Positions 36,745-46,787 of a stretch of DNA of 64,000 nt are shown here, in pieces. A program made the position numbers and the translations under genes. Numbering within the stretch: the first letter of the stretch is position 1; each line of letters starts with the position of its first letter. Source of the stretch: Bacillota bacterium. GTDB taxonomy: Bacteria; Bacillota; Clostridia; Lachnospirales; Anaerotignaceae. The stretch lies in contig JAHZDZ010000001.1 of assembly GCA_019422105.1 (NCBI GenBank), positions 3,491-67,490 on the forward strand. Reading direction: 5' to 3'. The notes under the pieces were generated by a model that did no database searches, was not told where the DNA came from, and saw nothing but the letters and a program-made list of their open reading frames with translations.

Positions 36745-38094
36745 CTACAACACAAATACCTGTGCCAGCTTGAAGAAAATAACAAGGGCAATAGAGTCAA
36801 CTACAGTTGTAATCAAAGGACCGGCCATAATTGCAGGGTCGAAATTTAATTTTTTAGCAGCCATAGGAAGAATACACCCAATGGTTTTTGCCACAACCAC
36901 AACCAAAAACATACTCATGGAGACAGTTAAATTAATCCACATATTTCCGTGTCCCAAAAGCATAAGCCGTCCAAAATTAACCGCCGCCAAAATGGCACCG
37001 CTTATCATGCCGACCCGTATTTCCTTCCACATAACCACCAAAATATCGCTTATTTCAATTTCACCCAAAGCCATGCCTCTTATGATAAGAGTGGAGGACT
37101 GAGAACCTGCATTTCCGCCTGTATCCATCAGTAAAGGGATAAAGGAGGATAATACAACCACAGACGCCAATATTTCCTCATAATGACCGATAATCGTGCC
37201 GGAAAAGGTACCCGAAATCATCAAAACCAAAAGCCATACGATTCTGTTTTTCGCCAGTGTAAAAACGCTGGTTTTCAGGTATTCATCCTCAGATGGAAGC
37301 AAAGCCGCCATTTTTTCAAAGTCTTCCGTGTTCTCTTCCTCAATGACGTCCACAATATCGTCAACTGTAATAATACCTACCAGACGCTCCTCGTTGTCAA
37401 CAACGGGCAGGGACATCAGACTGTACTTTTTGAACAGGTTTGCGACATCCTCCTGGTCGTCCAATGTCTGAACCGTGATAACCCTGTCCTCCATAATATC
37501 CTTGACCTTGGTGTCATCATCAGAAAGTATCAGCGTTCTTAGGGCAACAATACCCACCAGTACCCTGCTGGAATTTACAACATAGCAGGTATAAATGGTC
37601 TCCTTGTCAAGCCCTGTTCTTCTGAGCTGCTCCATAGCCTTCTTCACAGTCATCTCCTCATGAAACTGCACGAACTCTATGGTCATAATGCTTCCGGCGC
37701 TGTTGTCCGGATAGTTTAAAAACTGGTTAATCAGCTTGCGCTTTGTCTCATCCGTATTCTTCAAAACCCTGGTGACTACGTTTGCGGGCACCTCGCTCAA
37801 AAAGTCTACAGCGTCATCCAAAAACATCTCGTCAACAATGTTTCTGATCTCATTGTCCGTAATGGAATTGACAATATGCTCCTGGGTATCAGAATCCATA
37901 TAGGAAAAAACTTCTGCTGCCAAATCCTTTGTCAAAAGTCGGAAAACAAAAAGCTGCTTCTCCGCTGTCAGCTCCTCAAAAAATTCCGCTATATTCGCCG
38001 GATTCTGCTCGTTTAGCTCATATTTTAATTTAGAGTAATTTCCTTTTTCCAATAAATCCTTTAAATAGTCAAAAATCTGGTTCATTTCTTCCAT
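36745..38094 (-). CDS. mgtE: Magnesium transporter MgtE
   Basis: MgtE N-domain, CBS pair and five C-terminal TM helices with GNAGSQSST and DxxG motifs. The ATG at 38094 follows GAGGTGA; the ORF track starts at 38106. Confidence 0.92.
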   Translation of the reverse strand: MEEMNQIFDYLKDLLEKGNYSKLKYELNEQNPANIAEFFEELTAEKQLFVFRLLTKDLAAEVFSYMDSDTQEHIVNSITDNEIRNIVDEMFLDDAVDFLSEVPANVVTRVLKNTDETKRKLINQFLNYPDNSAGSIMTIEFVQFHEEMTVKKAMEQLRRTGLDKETIYTCYVVNSSRVLVGIVALRTLILSDDDTKVKDIMEDRVITVQTLDDQEDVANLFKKYSLMSLPVVDNEERLVGIITVDDIVDVIEEENTEDFEKMAALLPSEDEYLKTSVFTLAKNRIVWLLVLMISGTFSGTIIGHYEEILASVVVLSSFIPLLMDTGGNAGSQSSTLIIRGMALGEIEISDILVVMWKEIRVGMISGAILAAVNFGRLMLLGHGNMWINLTVSMSMFLVVVVAKTIGCILPMAAKKLNFDPAIMAGPLITTVVDSIALVIFFKLAQVFVL

Positions 38095-38394
38095 TTTCCA
38101 GCTCACCTCAATTTCTTATTTATTCTGTTTTTGGGCACAAAAACCCCTTGGTCGTAAAGGAGCGGCAAGCTATGCTCTTATAAAAAACAACAGGAAAATA
38201 AGCACAGAAAAGCAGGTTCTCTGGAAATTCAGAAAATTTATGCTGAAAAGACAAGGGAACCTGATATTTCGGCTTCTTTCAAATCATTTTGTACATATTC
38301 GCATAACGGTATGCCGTCGCTACTGACACTGCCTTCCATATAGGTTCACCTCCGTGTGGAATGTAATAATTTACTAGAACTGTTATCCTTTTAT

Positions 38395-38423
38395 AGTATA
38401 TTATTAATAAAAAAAATCGTCAA
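38395..38423 (-). promoter_or_regulatory. Sigma-A-like promoter for mgtE (implies a leader of about 290 nt)
   Basis: Minus strand reads TTGACG (38423-38418), 17-nt spacer, TATACT (38400-38395). Confidence 0.5.
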
Positions 38424-38586
38424 CTTTTTTTATGTATTTTATAAAAACTATTCTTCCCTTCGGCATTTATTTTTATGTAATAAATGAAATAACAGTAAAT
38501 ACTGTTTAAAACCGCTTCTCCTCTGTCAATACTCAAAATAGCGCTGTCAATAAGGAATAATTATAATAGAAAAGCAGGTGTTTTAT

Positions 38587-39210
38587 ATGAGAATCCCTAA
38601 CCATATTGGGGTTATACCCGACGGCAACCGCCGTTGGGCACAGCAAAAGGGCCTTACAAAGGAAAAAGGATACGGCGAAGGACTTTTCCCCGGCTTAGAA
38701 CTCTATCATATTTGTAAGGAATTGGGCGTAAAAGAGCTGACTTATTACGGCTTTACGGTAGATAATACCAAACGTCCTTCCATACAGCGGCTTTCCTTTA
38801 CAAAAGCCTGTGTGGACGCCGTGAGGATGCTTATGAAGGAGGATGCAGAGCTTTTGGTTCTGGGCAACACGGCTTCCAAAATGTTTCCGGAAGAATTGAA
38901 GCCTTTTACAACCCGCACCAAATTTGGCAGGGGCGGCATGAAAATTAATTTTCTGGTCAATTACAGCTGGGAATGGGACTTAAATATTGCACAAAAGGAA
39001 TATATCCCCTCCATCCATTCCAGCGATGTTTCCAGAGTTGACTTGGTTATCCGCTGGGGCGGACGGAAACGTCTTTCAGGATTTCTGCCCGTTCAAAGCG
39101 TATATTCCGATTTTTATTTCATCGAGGACTTTTGGCCTGACTTTAAAAAGGAGCATGTCATAGAGGCTGTGGATTGGTATAACAGACAGGATATTACTCT
39201 GGGAGGATGA
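38587..39210 (+). CDS. Short cis-prenyltransferase (UppS-family isoprenyl transferase paralog)
   Basis: GVIPDGNRRWA (canonical DGNxRWA) and IRWGGRKRLSGFLPVQSVYSDFYFIEDFWPDF (canonical RTSGExRxSNFLLWQ..Y.E..F....WPDF). About 207 aa, compared with about 250 aa for typical UppS. Confidence 0.75.
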   Translation: MRIPNHIGVIPDGNRRWAQQKGLTKEKGYGEGLFPGLELYHICKELGVKELTYYGFTVDNTKRPSIQRLSFTKACVDAVRMLMKEDAELLVLGNTASKMFPEELKPFTTRTKFGRGGMKINFLVNYSWEWDLNIAQKEYIPSIHSSDVSRVDLVIRWGGRKRLSGFLPVQSVYSDFYFIEDFWPDFKKEHVIEAVDWYNRQDITLGG

Positions 39211-39380
39211 AAAAAGCAGCGGGGATGGAGGCGGCAATCCTAATCAGATAAAGCCTCTCTCCCCGATCGTTTTTTTCTGCGCGCTTTTTTAATGCCCCCG
39301 AAAGCGCGAAATACCTATTTTCAACTGATAAAATTTCAGAAAAGTAAACCGCATCTTCAATTACAGCATTTCCCCCCATT

Positions 39381-39419
39381 AAAAAAAGAGTATGCAGGCT
39401 TATGCCGAATACTCTTTTT
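39381..39419. terminator. Bidirectional terminator between convergent genes
   Basis: AAAAAAAGAGTAT-GCAGGCTTATGCCGA-ATACTCTTTTT. Confidence 0.7.
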
Positions 39420-39522
39420 ATTGTCAGGCTAAAAATTGACTTATATGTTCATAGAAGCAAATCTATGTGAAGCGTTCTTACATAATTTCATTTTCAAAAG
39501 ATGTATCGCCTTCAGCGTTACT

Positions 39523-40452
39523 TTATTTCTCTTTCTCCTCTGTCAAAAGTTCCTTAAAGCTTGCGGCCAAGCCTGCAAGACTCTGGATTTCAGAGGGAAT
39601 AATGATTTTTGTCGCTTTGCCGTCAGCCGCTTTCTGAAACGCCTCCAGGCTCTTGATTGCGATAACACTCTGATTTGGTGAAGCCTCGTTGAGCATTTTA
39701 AGACCGGCCGCCGTTGCCTCCTGAACCTTGAGGATAGCCTCCGCTTCACCCTCTGCGCGTCTTATCTGGGATTCCTTATCAGCCTCCGCCTGCAGTATGG
39801 CGGCCGCCTTTTCCGCTTCTGCTCTTAATATGGCGGCTTCCTTCTCACCCTCTGCCACCAGCACAGCACTTCTCTTTTCACCCTCCGCCTGCAAAATCTT
39901 TTCTCTTCTCTCACGCTCCGCCTTCATCTGCTTCTCCATGGATGCCTGTATCTCCTGAGGCGGCATAATATTTTTCAACTCCACCCTATTTATCTTAATC
40001 CCCCACGCGTCCGTGGCCTCATCCAATATTACCCTCATTTTTGAGTTAATAATATCTCGGGAAGTCAGGGTTTGGTCAAGCTCCAAGTCTCCGATAATAT
40101 TTCTAAGCGTCGTTGCCGTCAAATTCTCAATGGCGCGCATGGGATTTTCCACACCATAGGTATATAGCTTTGCATCTGTGACCTGCAAGTAGATAACCGT
40201 GTCAATCTGCATAGTGACATTATCCTTTGTGATAACCGGCTGCGGAGGAAAATCGGCAACAAGCTCCTTCAGATTTATCTTTTTCGCAATGCGGTCAATG
40301 ACAGGTATTGCAACATGAAGACCTGTTCCCCACGTTCCCTTATATACGCCAAGCCTCTCCACCACATAGGAAAAAGACTGCGGCACAATTTTGATATTAA
40401 AAATAATAACCAGTAAAATAATGATGACGATTGGTATTAACAAATATCTCAT
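39523..40452 (-). CDS. SPFH/band-7 domain protein (stomatin/QmcA-like) with an Ala/Glu-rich repeat tail
   Basis: N-terminal TM helix, SPFH domain (VVERLG...TKDNV) and the repetitive coiled coil AEGEKEAAILRAEAEKAAAILQAEADK. Confidence 0.88.
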   Translation of the reverse strand: MRYLLIPIVIIILLVIIFNIKIVPQSFSYVVERLGVYKGTWGTGLHVAIPVIDRIAKKINLKELVADFPPQPVITKDNVTMQIDTVIYLQVTDAKLYTYGVENPMRAIENLTATTLRNIIGDLELDQTLTSRDIINSKMRVILDEATDAWGIKINRVELKNIMPPQEIQASMEKQMKAERERREKILQAEGEKRSAVLVAEGEKEAAILRAEAEKAAAILQAEADKESQIRRAEGEAEAILKVQEATAAGLKMLNEASPNQSVIAIKSLEAFQKAADGKATKIIIPSEIQSLAGLAASFKELLTEEKEK

Positions 40453-40467
40453 ACAAACACCCCTTTT

Positions 40468-40920
40468 TCACCCATTTTTTGTTATCTTCTGTACAATTAC
40501 CTTTACTCCTTGAATTTCAACAATAGAAACCTCACATCCGGCTTTGATAATTTCGTCTCCATCAAAGTTTCGGGCAGTCCATTCCTTTCCGTCTACCTTT
40601 ATAGCCCCCTTTCCCAGCAAGTTATCGATATCCTCTGTTACAATGCCTCTCATCTCCAATATCCTGTCCGCATTCGTTCTTTCTGCCTTAGACATAATAT
40701 ATTTATTCACAAGAGGCTTTGTTGCGGCGAGAAGAAATACGGATATCACAACAAAAACAACAAATTGCCCAAAAAATGACAGGCCGGCCGCCGCTGCCGC
40801 CATTGCTGCCAGAGATCCAAAACAAAACCATATGGAAACCAAAGGCCCTGCCGTCGCAATTTCAGCGATAACAAAAATAACAAACAGTACCAGCCATACA
40901 ATTTTCATATCAATAGGCAT
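40468..40920 (-). CDS. NfeD-family membrane protein (partner of the SPFH protein)
   Basis: Three TM helices plus a C-terminal OB-fold (GIVTEDIDNLLGKGAIKVDGKEWTA). Immediately upstream of the SPFH gene. Confidence 0.82.
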   Translation of the reverse strand: MPIDMKIVWLVLFVIFVIAEIATAGPLVSIWFCFGSLAAMAAAAAGLSFFGQFVVFVVISVFLLAATKPLVNKYIMSKAERTNADRILEMRGIVTEDIDNLLGKGAIKVDGKEWTARNFDGDEIIKAGCEVSIVEIQGVKVIVQKITKNG

Positions 40921-40967
40921 AGCCAAGCCTCCTTCCCGCGCTTATCTCCAATTTATGTAACCGTTTC

Positions 40968-41414
40968 TTAATCCATGACAATAAGTTCAATGCCCGCTTC
41001 CTTCAATATATTTAAGGAAAGCTCATCAGGATAGGCGCCTTTATATACAATTCTTTTAATACCGGCGTTCACACACATTTTCGCACAGATGACACAGGGC
41101 TGAAGAGTCACATAAAGGGTTGAATCCTTCGTGCTGATACCCAAATTAGCCGCCTGAATAATTGCATTTTGCTCCGCATGAAGCGCACGGCACAGCTCAT
41201 GTCTCTGCCCTGACGGAACCCCAAGCTTTTCTCTGTAGCATCCTCCCATCTCCGTACAGTGCATAAGGCCCGAAGGCGCACCGTTATAACCGGTTGTTAT
41301 AATACGGTTATCCTTTACAATTACCGCTCCCACTTCTCTTCTCAGACAGGTAGATCTTGTTTTCACTATTTCCGCTATCTTCATAAAATATTCGTCCCAG
41401 CTGTCTCTCATCAT
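40968..41414 (-). CDS. comEB: dCMP deaminase (ComEB-type)
   Basis: Zinc motifs HAEQNAI and PCVICAKM; 148 aa. Confidence 0.9.
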   Translation of the reverse strand: MMRDSWDEYFMKIAEIVKTRSTCLRREVGAVIVKDNRIITTGYNGAPSGLMHCTEMGGCYREKLGVPSGQRHELCRALHAEQNAIIQAANLGISTKDSTLYVTLQPCVICAKMCVNAGIKRIVYKGAYPDELSLNILKEAGIELIVMD

Positions 41415-41981
41415 AATCCTCCTCTTAAAATGAAACAGGCAAATTGCATTCCTATCCTTTTATGATATTATAAATTAACACGGAGAATTGAGCAACCCAA
41501 GTTTGCAATGCTGTTTCACTCCTCAAAGCTTTTAAAAAAATACCCTTGGGTGAAAGCGGTCATACCGCTTTCTATAAAGTCTTTCTCCGCTGAAATTTAT
41601 CGTTATTATACCATAAAAGCGGAGAAAGCAGGCTGCACAGAAACAATACTGCAAGCTTGCTTGCAAGAGATTGTTTCGGGTGCAGACTATTTGCGCAGCA
41701 AATGTACTTCCAAAACCTTCGGTTTTGTCGGTCGCATTGCTCTACGAAGCCTCTTAAGATTAAATCCCTGCCTGTTTTGCAGTCTGGCTATTCTTTTTTC
41801 GGCTTCTCTCCGTTTTTTTCGCGAACATTATACCATAGAAACCGAACAAAAAATGGCCCATCTAGTAAAAAATACAGGATTTAAAAAACTTAAGAGAAAT
41901 TTTTGTTTTTTTAAATGTTTTTTAGAGAATTAACTGGTACTATAAATAGTAAGAAACACTTTGGGGCGGGTGAGGATAGAT

Positions 41982-42764
41982 ATGAACCGGGAAGAACGTG
42001 CAAGACTGGCCAGAAAAAAGATACGGCAAAAAAGGAAACGGCGGCGCAGAATGAGAATATTTGTATTCTGGGTCTTATTGCTTCTTCTCCTTTTTTACGG
42101 CATAAAATTTGTCTGGGGTGTATTTAAAAAGGAAGTTCCGCTGCCTATATTAAACAAAATTGAAGCGCTGAACCCTTTTTCCGACTCCTCTGCCGATGAA
42201 TGGTTCCTTATCCTTGTAAATCAGACACATGCTCTGGGAGAGGATTATAAACCGGAAACCGCGGAGCTATCAAATGGTCTTCTTGTAGACAAGAGAATTT
42301 ATGACGAATTGACAGAGATGATAAACGATGCAAAAAAAGACGGACTTACTTTAATTCCCTGCTCGGCCTACCGCAGCGTTGAGAGGCAAAAAGTGCTCTA
42401 TGTGCAGGAAACCCAAAAATGGATTTCACAGGGGTACTCCCAGGAGGAGGCTGCCGCAAAGGCCGCTACCATCGTCGCCCCTCCCGGACAGAGTGAGCAC
42501 AATCTTGGTCTGGCGGTTGATTTTGGTTCAGCGGAAAATCAAAGTTTGGAGGAGGATTTCAAGGACACCCCCGAGGGTGTATGGCTGAAGGAAAACTCCG
42601 CCAAATACGGCTTTGTGCTGCGTTATCCCGAGGATAAAAGCGATATTACAGGCATCATTTACGAGCCCTGGCATTACCGCTATGTCGGAAAAAAGAATGC
42701 CGAAAAAATGAATGAGCTTAGTATGTGTCTGGAGGAGTATGTGGAATATTTAGGGCAGTCATAA
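41982..42764 (+). CDS. D-alanyl-D-alanine carboxypeptidase, VanY / peptidase M15B family
   Basis: Basic N-terminus plus a TM anchor. SAYRS, SEHNLGLAVD and EPWHYRYVG motifs. The ATG at 41982 follows GGTGAGGA; the ORF track starts at 41961. Confidence 0.88.
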   Translation: MNREERARLARKKIRQKRKRRRRMRIFVFWVLLLLLLFYGIKFVWGVFKKEVPLPILNKIEALNPFSDSSADEWFLILVNQTHALGEDYKPETAELSNGLLVDKRIYDELTEMINDAKKDGLTLIPCSAYRSVERQKVLYVQETQKWISQGYSQEEAAAKAATIVAPPGQSEHNLGLAVDFGSAENQSLEEDFKDTPEGVWLKENSAKYGFVLRYPEDKSDITGIIYEPWHYRYVGKKNAEKMNELSMCLEEYVEYLGQS

Positions 42765-42981
42765 AAAAGAAGATTGTTTTAAAAACTCAGACTGTCAATA
42801 AGGATAATAACCCGCGTTTTTTCAAACTGCCACAAAGGCTGTGCCTTTGACTTGTAGCGGAAAATTTGTGTTATTCTTCAAAAGTCGGGCAGAGTCGGAG
42901 ATTTGTAAAAGCTAAGGTCAAGCTTTAAAAATGGCTTGACAGAATTTGAAGACAAAGTCTTTGATATTTTTAATCAGCGAA

Positions 42982-43007
42982 AGACAGTGGTTACACTGTC
43001 TTTTTTT
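42982..43007 (+). terminator. Rho-independent terminator (plus strand)
   Basis: AGACAGTG-GTTA-CACTGTCT followed by TTTTTT. Confidence 0.7.
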
Positions 43008-43016
43008 ATGCATAAA

Positions 43017-43042
43017 ACAGGCAGGCCCTGGGGCCTGCCTGT
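43017..43042 (-). terminator. GC-rich hairpin terminator closing the CoA-transferase transcript after the repeat element
   Basis: ACAGGCAGGCCC-CA-GGGCCTGCCTGT on the minus strand, followed by TTTTATGCAT. Confidence 0.6.
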
Positions 43043-43070
43043 AAACTATTTATTCTTAATCAATACTGTT

Positions 43071-43280
43071 CATAACCGACAGCATCATATGATGCCTTGT
43101 TCTTCAGTGATGAGCTGTGTCCCTCGCTGAACAGCGTTAGGAATTACCGAATTACCTCCGCCTGAGGCGGCTTGACTCAATGCATAAGGAAACAAAGCAG
43201 TGTGATTTTAATAAGCAAAGAAATTTTCTTATGACGCCGGCCATTATGGAGGCAGGGACTTCCTGACACATCGGTTAAAT
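43071..43280 (-). repeat. Structured repeat element, copy 2 (longer, with about 90 nt of internal extra sequence)
   Basis: Shares the termini CATAACCGAC...TCGGTTAAAT, hairpin 1 (GCATC..GATGC), hairpin 2 with base changes that keep pairing, and the CGCC..GGCG hairpin with copy 1. The TAA stop of the CoA-transferase gene (43275-43277) lies inside the terminal GGTTAAAT. Confidence 0.75.
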
Positions 43281-44585
43281 CATTAAGTTCATTTTCTTTG
43301 CTTCAAAGGTAAGCTCTTCCCTGAAATCAGGATGAGCAATAGAAATGAGAGCTTTAGCCCTCTGTCCCGCTGTCAGACCGCGAAGACGAACCATTCCAAA
43401 CTCTGTTACGATATAATCAACGTCGTTCTTTCCTGTTGTCACAGCAGCGCCCGGCGTCAAAACAGGTTTAATTTTTGACATGGTTCCTTTTTTCGCTGTT
43501 GCGCCAGTTGCGATAAAGCTCTTGCCGCCCTTGGAGATTTTACAGCCTCTTACAAAGTCAAGCTGACCGCCTGTACCGCTGAAATTTTTCGTGCCGATAG
43601 ACTCAGCGCAGACCTGTCCCAAAAGGTCAATCTCAAGGCAGGAGTTGATAGAAATGAAATTATCATGCTGTCCAATCACCGTTGGGTTATTGACATAATC
43701 AACCGGACGCATTTCTATAGAAACATTATCGTCCAGGAAATCATACATTCTTCTAGAGCCCCATGCAAAGGCTGCAACTGTTTTTCCCTGATTAATCGGT
43801 TTCTTTCCGTTTGTAACAGCGCCGCACTCTATCAAATCAATCATGCTGTCTGTAAACATTTCCGTGTGGATTCCCAAATCTGTTTTATCCTTTAAGCATG
43901 CGCCAACTGCATTGGGCACACCGCCGATACCAAATTGCAGTGTCGCGCCGTTTGGAATCAAATCAGCCATCATCTGGCCCATTTTAACATCATTTTCACT
44001 GATTGGCGCGGAGGCAAGTGTAGGCATATCATAATGGCTTTCACAAATTGCCGTAGCCTGTGAAATGTGCACAATATGTGTGCCGAAAACACGAGGCATA
44101 CTTTCGTTAACTTCCAGGAATATATATTTTGCCCTTGACATCTGTGCCAGATTCTCAGAAGCTGTCAGGCCGAATGAAAAATATCCGTGCTTATCCATAG
44201 GGGATACTACCGCATAGAATACATCGACTCTAGGCATATCCTCTCTCCACATATCCGGTATGTAGCTGTAGTTACATGGCATATAGTCAGCCTTTCCGGA
44301 CTGTATAATGCTTCTTGCCGGGCCTGTTGTAAACCAGGAAACATAGGTATATTTTCCGCTCAGCTCCGGATCAAGAAACGCCACATCCCCCTGTGGTGTA
44401 ATAATGCTGTGATGCTGTACCCCTTCAATCTCGTTCCTTCTTGCCCTTTCCCCAATGGCATTGCAGATGTCGCGAGGTTCGCTGGTAGCTGACGGAGCCG
44501 CACATACAAAACCGTTTTGTATGTAGCCTGCAATTTCATCAGCGGTTTTCAGTTTCTGTTTGTACATCTCTTCAAATTTGCTCAT
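43275..44585 (-). CDS. Acetyl-CoA hydrolase/transferase family protein (4-hydroxybutyrate / butyryl-CoA CoA-transferase-like)
   Basis: 436 aa. Family architecture with the GIGG.PNAV and GTGGQLDF motifs. Strong AGGAGG RBS. Confidence 0.8.
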   Translation of the reverse strand: MSKFEEMYKQKLKTADEIAGYIQNGFVCAAPSATSEPRDICNAIGERARRNEIEGVQHHSIITPQGDVAFLDPELSGKYTYVSWFTTGPARSIIQSGKADYMPCNYSYIPDMWREDMPRVDVFYAVVSPMDKHGYFSFGLTASENLAQMSRAKYIFLEVNESMPRVFGTHIVHISQATAICESHYDMPTLASAPISENDVKMGQMMADLIPNGATLQFGIGGVPNAVGACLKDKTDLGIHTEMFTDSMIDLIECGAVTNGKKPINQGKTVAAFAWGSRRMYDFLDDNVSIEMRPVDYVNNPTVIGQHDNFISINSCLEIDLLGQVCAESIGTKNFSGTGGQLDFVRGCKISKGGKSFIATGATAKKGTMSKIKPVLTPGAAVTTGKNDVDYIVTEFGMVRLRGLTAGQRAKALISIAHPDFREELTFEAKKMNLMI

Positions 44586-45080
44586 GATATCCTCCTTTTT
44601 TCGAATCCTAATAAAAGTTATACCTTCTATTAGAATTTATCACAAATAATTTAGTTTGTATATAAAATAATTTTTTATCAAAAATATTCGTATCCTTGCA
44701 TAAAAAAGGATGCCTGCTTTCCATTAATCCTACAAAAATCCTATGGTTTTCAATCTCCAACGGAATGCTGCCGTACTGTCTTTTGATAGAAAAAAAATAA
44801 ACAGCGTTCTTATGGTATTTTGTATATTGTACCACAAAAATACTGTTTGTAAATTTTTTTTATTCGTACATAGTTAATTTTTTGATAAATTTTACCGGTT
44901 TAACAAAGCATTTTCCCATTCTTTCCAATTTCTGCAGTAAATATTTTTGCAGAAGTCCACTTATTTCAAGGATTTCTCAGCAATACAAGGGGACAATAAT
45001 TTAATTAAAAAAATAACGAATTATTTTGTTACAAAATCTTTTATGCAGTTTTTGCTTCAAACACATAACGGGCTTTTTGC

Positions 45081-46028
45081 TTAAAAAAATCTGCTGACGC
45101 CGCTGCCTCCAAGATAACAGAAATCCTTTCCCTGATAAAATCCTTTATCTCTCATTTCGTACTCAATATCATCTCTTATCCTCCACCAGCTCAAGCCCCA
45201 GTTTGAAAAAAGGGTATTTTGCTCCGGCGCTCTGCCAATAATCCTCTCCACGGCAATATCAGGAGAAAGGGCACATAAAAATGCAATAACCCTTTTCTTG
45301 TATTCCTCCGCTGTACAGATGGTAAATTCTCCATTTTCGTACTGCTCCGCCATTTTTGTTCCCTTCTCTATATAGAGGGCATGAAGCTTGATATAGTCAC
45401 TTTTCAGCGCTGATACAATTTTAGCGCTCTCCACTGCATCTGTCATATCATCCCAAGGCAAATTCAGTATGAGATGAGTACATATTTGGAAACCATAGCC
45501 TTTACACAAAAGCATAGCCTCAATGTATTCCCCAAGGGTGTGCCCTCTGTTCACCTTGATTAAAGAATGGTAATTGGCACTTTGAAGGCCAAGCTCCACT
45601 GTTATATTGACAGCATATTTTTTCCTCATTTCAGATAAAATGTCAAGGTACTCCCTGCGGATACAATCAGGCCTTGTGGAAACAGAGATTTCCGCAACCC
45701 CCTCGGCGGCGGCCTCCTCCATAAAAAACCGAAACTGCTCCGGCGGCAGATAAGTATTTGTAAAATTTTGAAAATAGGCAATGAATTTTTGGGCCTTGTA
45801 CCGCTTTCCCATATATTCCCTGTTTCGGCCTATCTGCTCCCTAACAGAAAGGGTGCTGGATAAATTTTCAAATCCAGCACCCAAGCCTCCACAATAGGAA
45901 CATCCTTTTTTACCTCCCGTCCGATTGGGACAGGATACCGGTATATTTATAGGAAGTTTATACACCCTTTCCCCATACCTTTCTAAAAGATAGCGGGAAT
46001 AGCGGTAATAAATATCTTTTTCAATCAT
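45081..46028 (-). CDS. Radical SAM protein, TIGR01212 (YhcC-like) family
   Basis: CPNRTGGKKGCSYCG cluster region; 315 aa. The start codon overlaps the stop of the upstream P-loop gene (TAATG). Confidence 0.75.
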   Translation of the reverse strand: MIEKDIYYRYSRYLLERYGERVYKLPINIPVSCPNRTGGKKGCSYCGGLGAGFENLSSTLSVREQIGRNREYMGKRYKAQKFIAYFQNFTNTYLPPEQFRFFMEEAAAEGVAEISVSTRPDCIRREYLDILSEMRKKYAVNITVELGLQSANYHSLIKVNRGHTLGEYIEAMLLCKGYGFQICTHLILNLPWDDMTDAVESAKIVSALKSDYIKLHALYIEKGTKMAEQYENGEFTICTAEEYKKRVIAFLCALSPDIAVERIIGRAPEQNTLFSNWGLSWWRIRDDIEYEMRDKGFYQGKDFCYLGGSGVSRFF

Positions 46029-46441
46029 TAAATAAGGTATTTCTGTACTGTATCAGGGAGTGAATCAGCCTTCGCGCTAATGATCATGGCAAAATCAACA
46101 TTCATTTTGTTGGAAAGCTTATCCAAAGAACTCACAAAGCAGCTAAAGTCTTCAGGGCTTAACGCTTTTATAATATTATTGATGCCATCGATAAATATTT
46201 TTTCAATATCGCCGTCCTGAGATAGGATGCCGCAGATAAAACCAAAGAATACCTGCTGATCCTTCATAATAAAATCTGATGTTTCCACAAATCTGATATC
46301 ATAGTGCAAATCATACATATGTCTGTTGTCGTCATCAATAAATACAATATGTCCCTTCGCTGTTTTCGCTTCCTCGTTTGCCATCTGCAAGAGACGTTTT
46401 GTTTTTCCTTCACCTTTTTCGCCTGCTATAATCTGAATCAT
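46028..46441 (-). CDS. Small stand-alone P-loop NTPase (hypothetical)
   Basis: 137 aa with Walker A AGEKGEGKT and Walker-B-like HIVFIDDD. GGGGGAG RBS. Confidence 0.55.
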   Translation of the reverse strand: MIQIIAGEKGEGKTKRLLQMANEEAKTAKGHIVFIDDDNRHMYDLHYDIRFVETSDFIMKDQQVFFGFICGILSQDGDIEKIFIDGINNIIKALSPEDFSCFVSSLDKLSNKMNVDFAMIISAKADSLPDTVQKYLI

Positions 46442-46787
46442 TGCAATCTCCCCCTTTGGTATTGGATGTGATATACTTTTGATTTTTGATGTGCAATATT
46501 TTGTAACCGGTATATTAAAATAATTCTGCTTACAAAAACAAAATCCTCTTTTTTTTCACTTTTATTTTATAAAACAATTCGATTTATTACATATACCCAA
46601 AAACCACGAATGAAGTTTATACAGTATTGCAGTTGACACCCGAAAGAATTTCAAAAATACATATAGTTTCAATACAAGTTTCAAATCGTGAAATTATTAT
46701 TTCTCATCGGCGCTGACACAGCATAACAAAAAAGATTTCTCTGATAGAATTATTTGCAGAAATACAGAATTTCATCCACAAAAATCA

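Noticed and set aside
38107-38394. Calling the mgtE leader an M-box riboswitch feature
   Set aside because: Only loose similarity exists at the two ends. I could not find the conserved central segments, so I report it as an open question rather than as an annotated ncRNA.
43071-43280. Integron attC site / gene cassette interpretation of the repeat family
   Set aside because: Only one terminus (ATTTAAC) fits RYYYAAC. The other (GTTATGA) violates GTTRRRY. The fold is a multi-hairpin junction rather than a single imperfect hairpin with extrahelical bases. No intI gene or cassette array is visible. I kept it as a possibility to test, not as a call.
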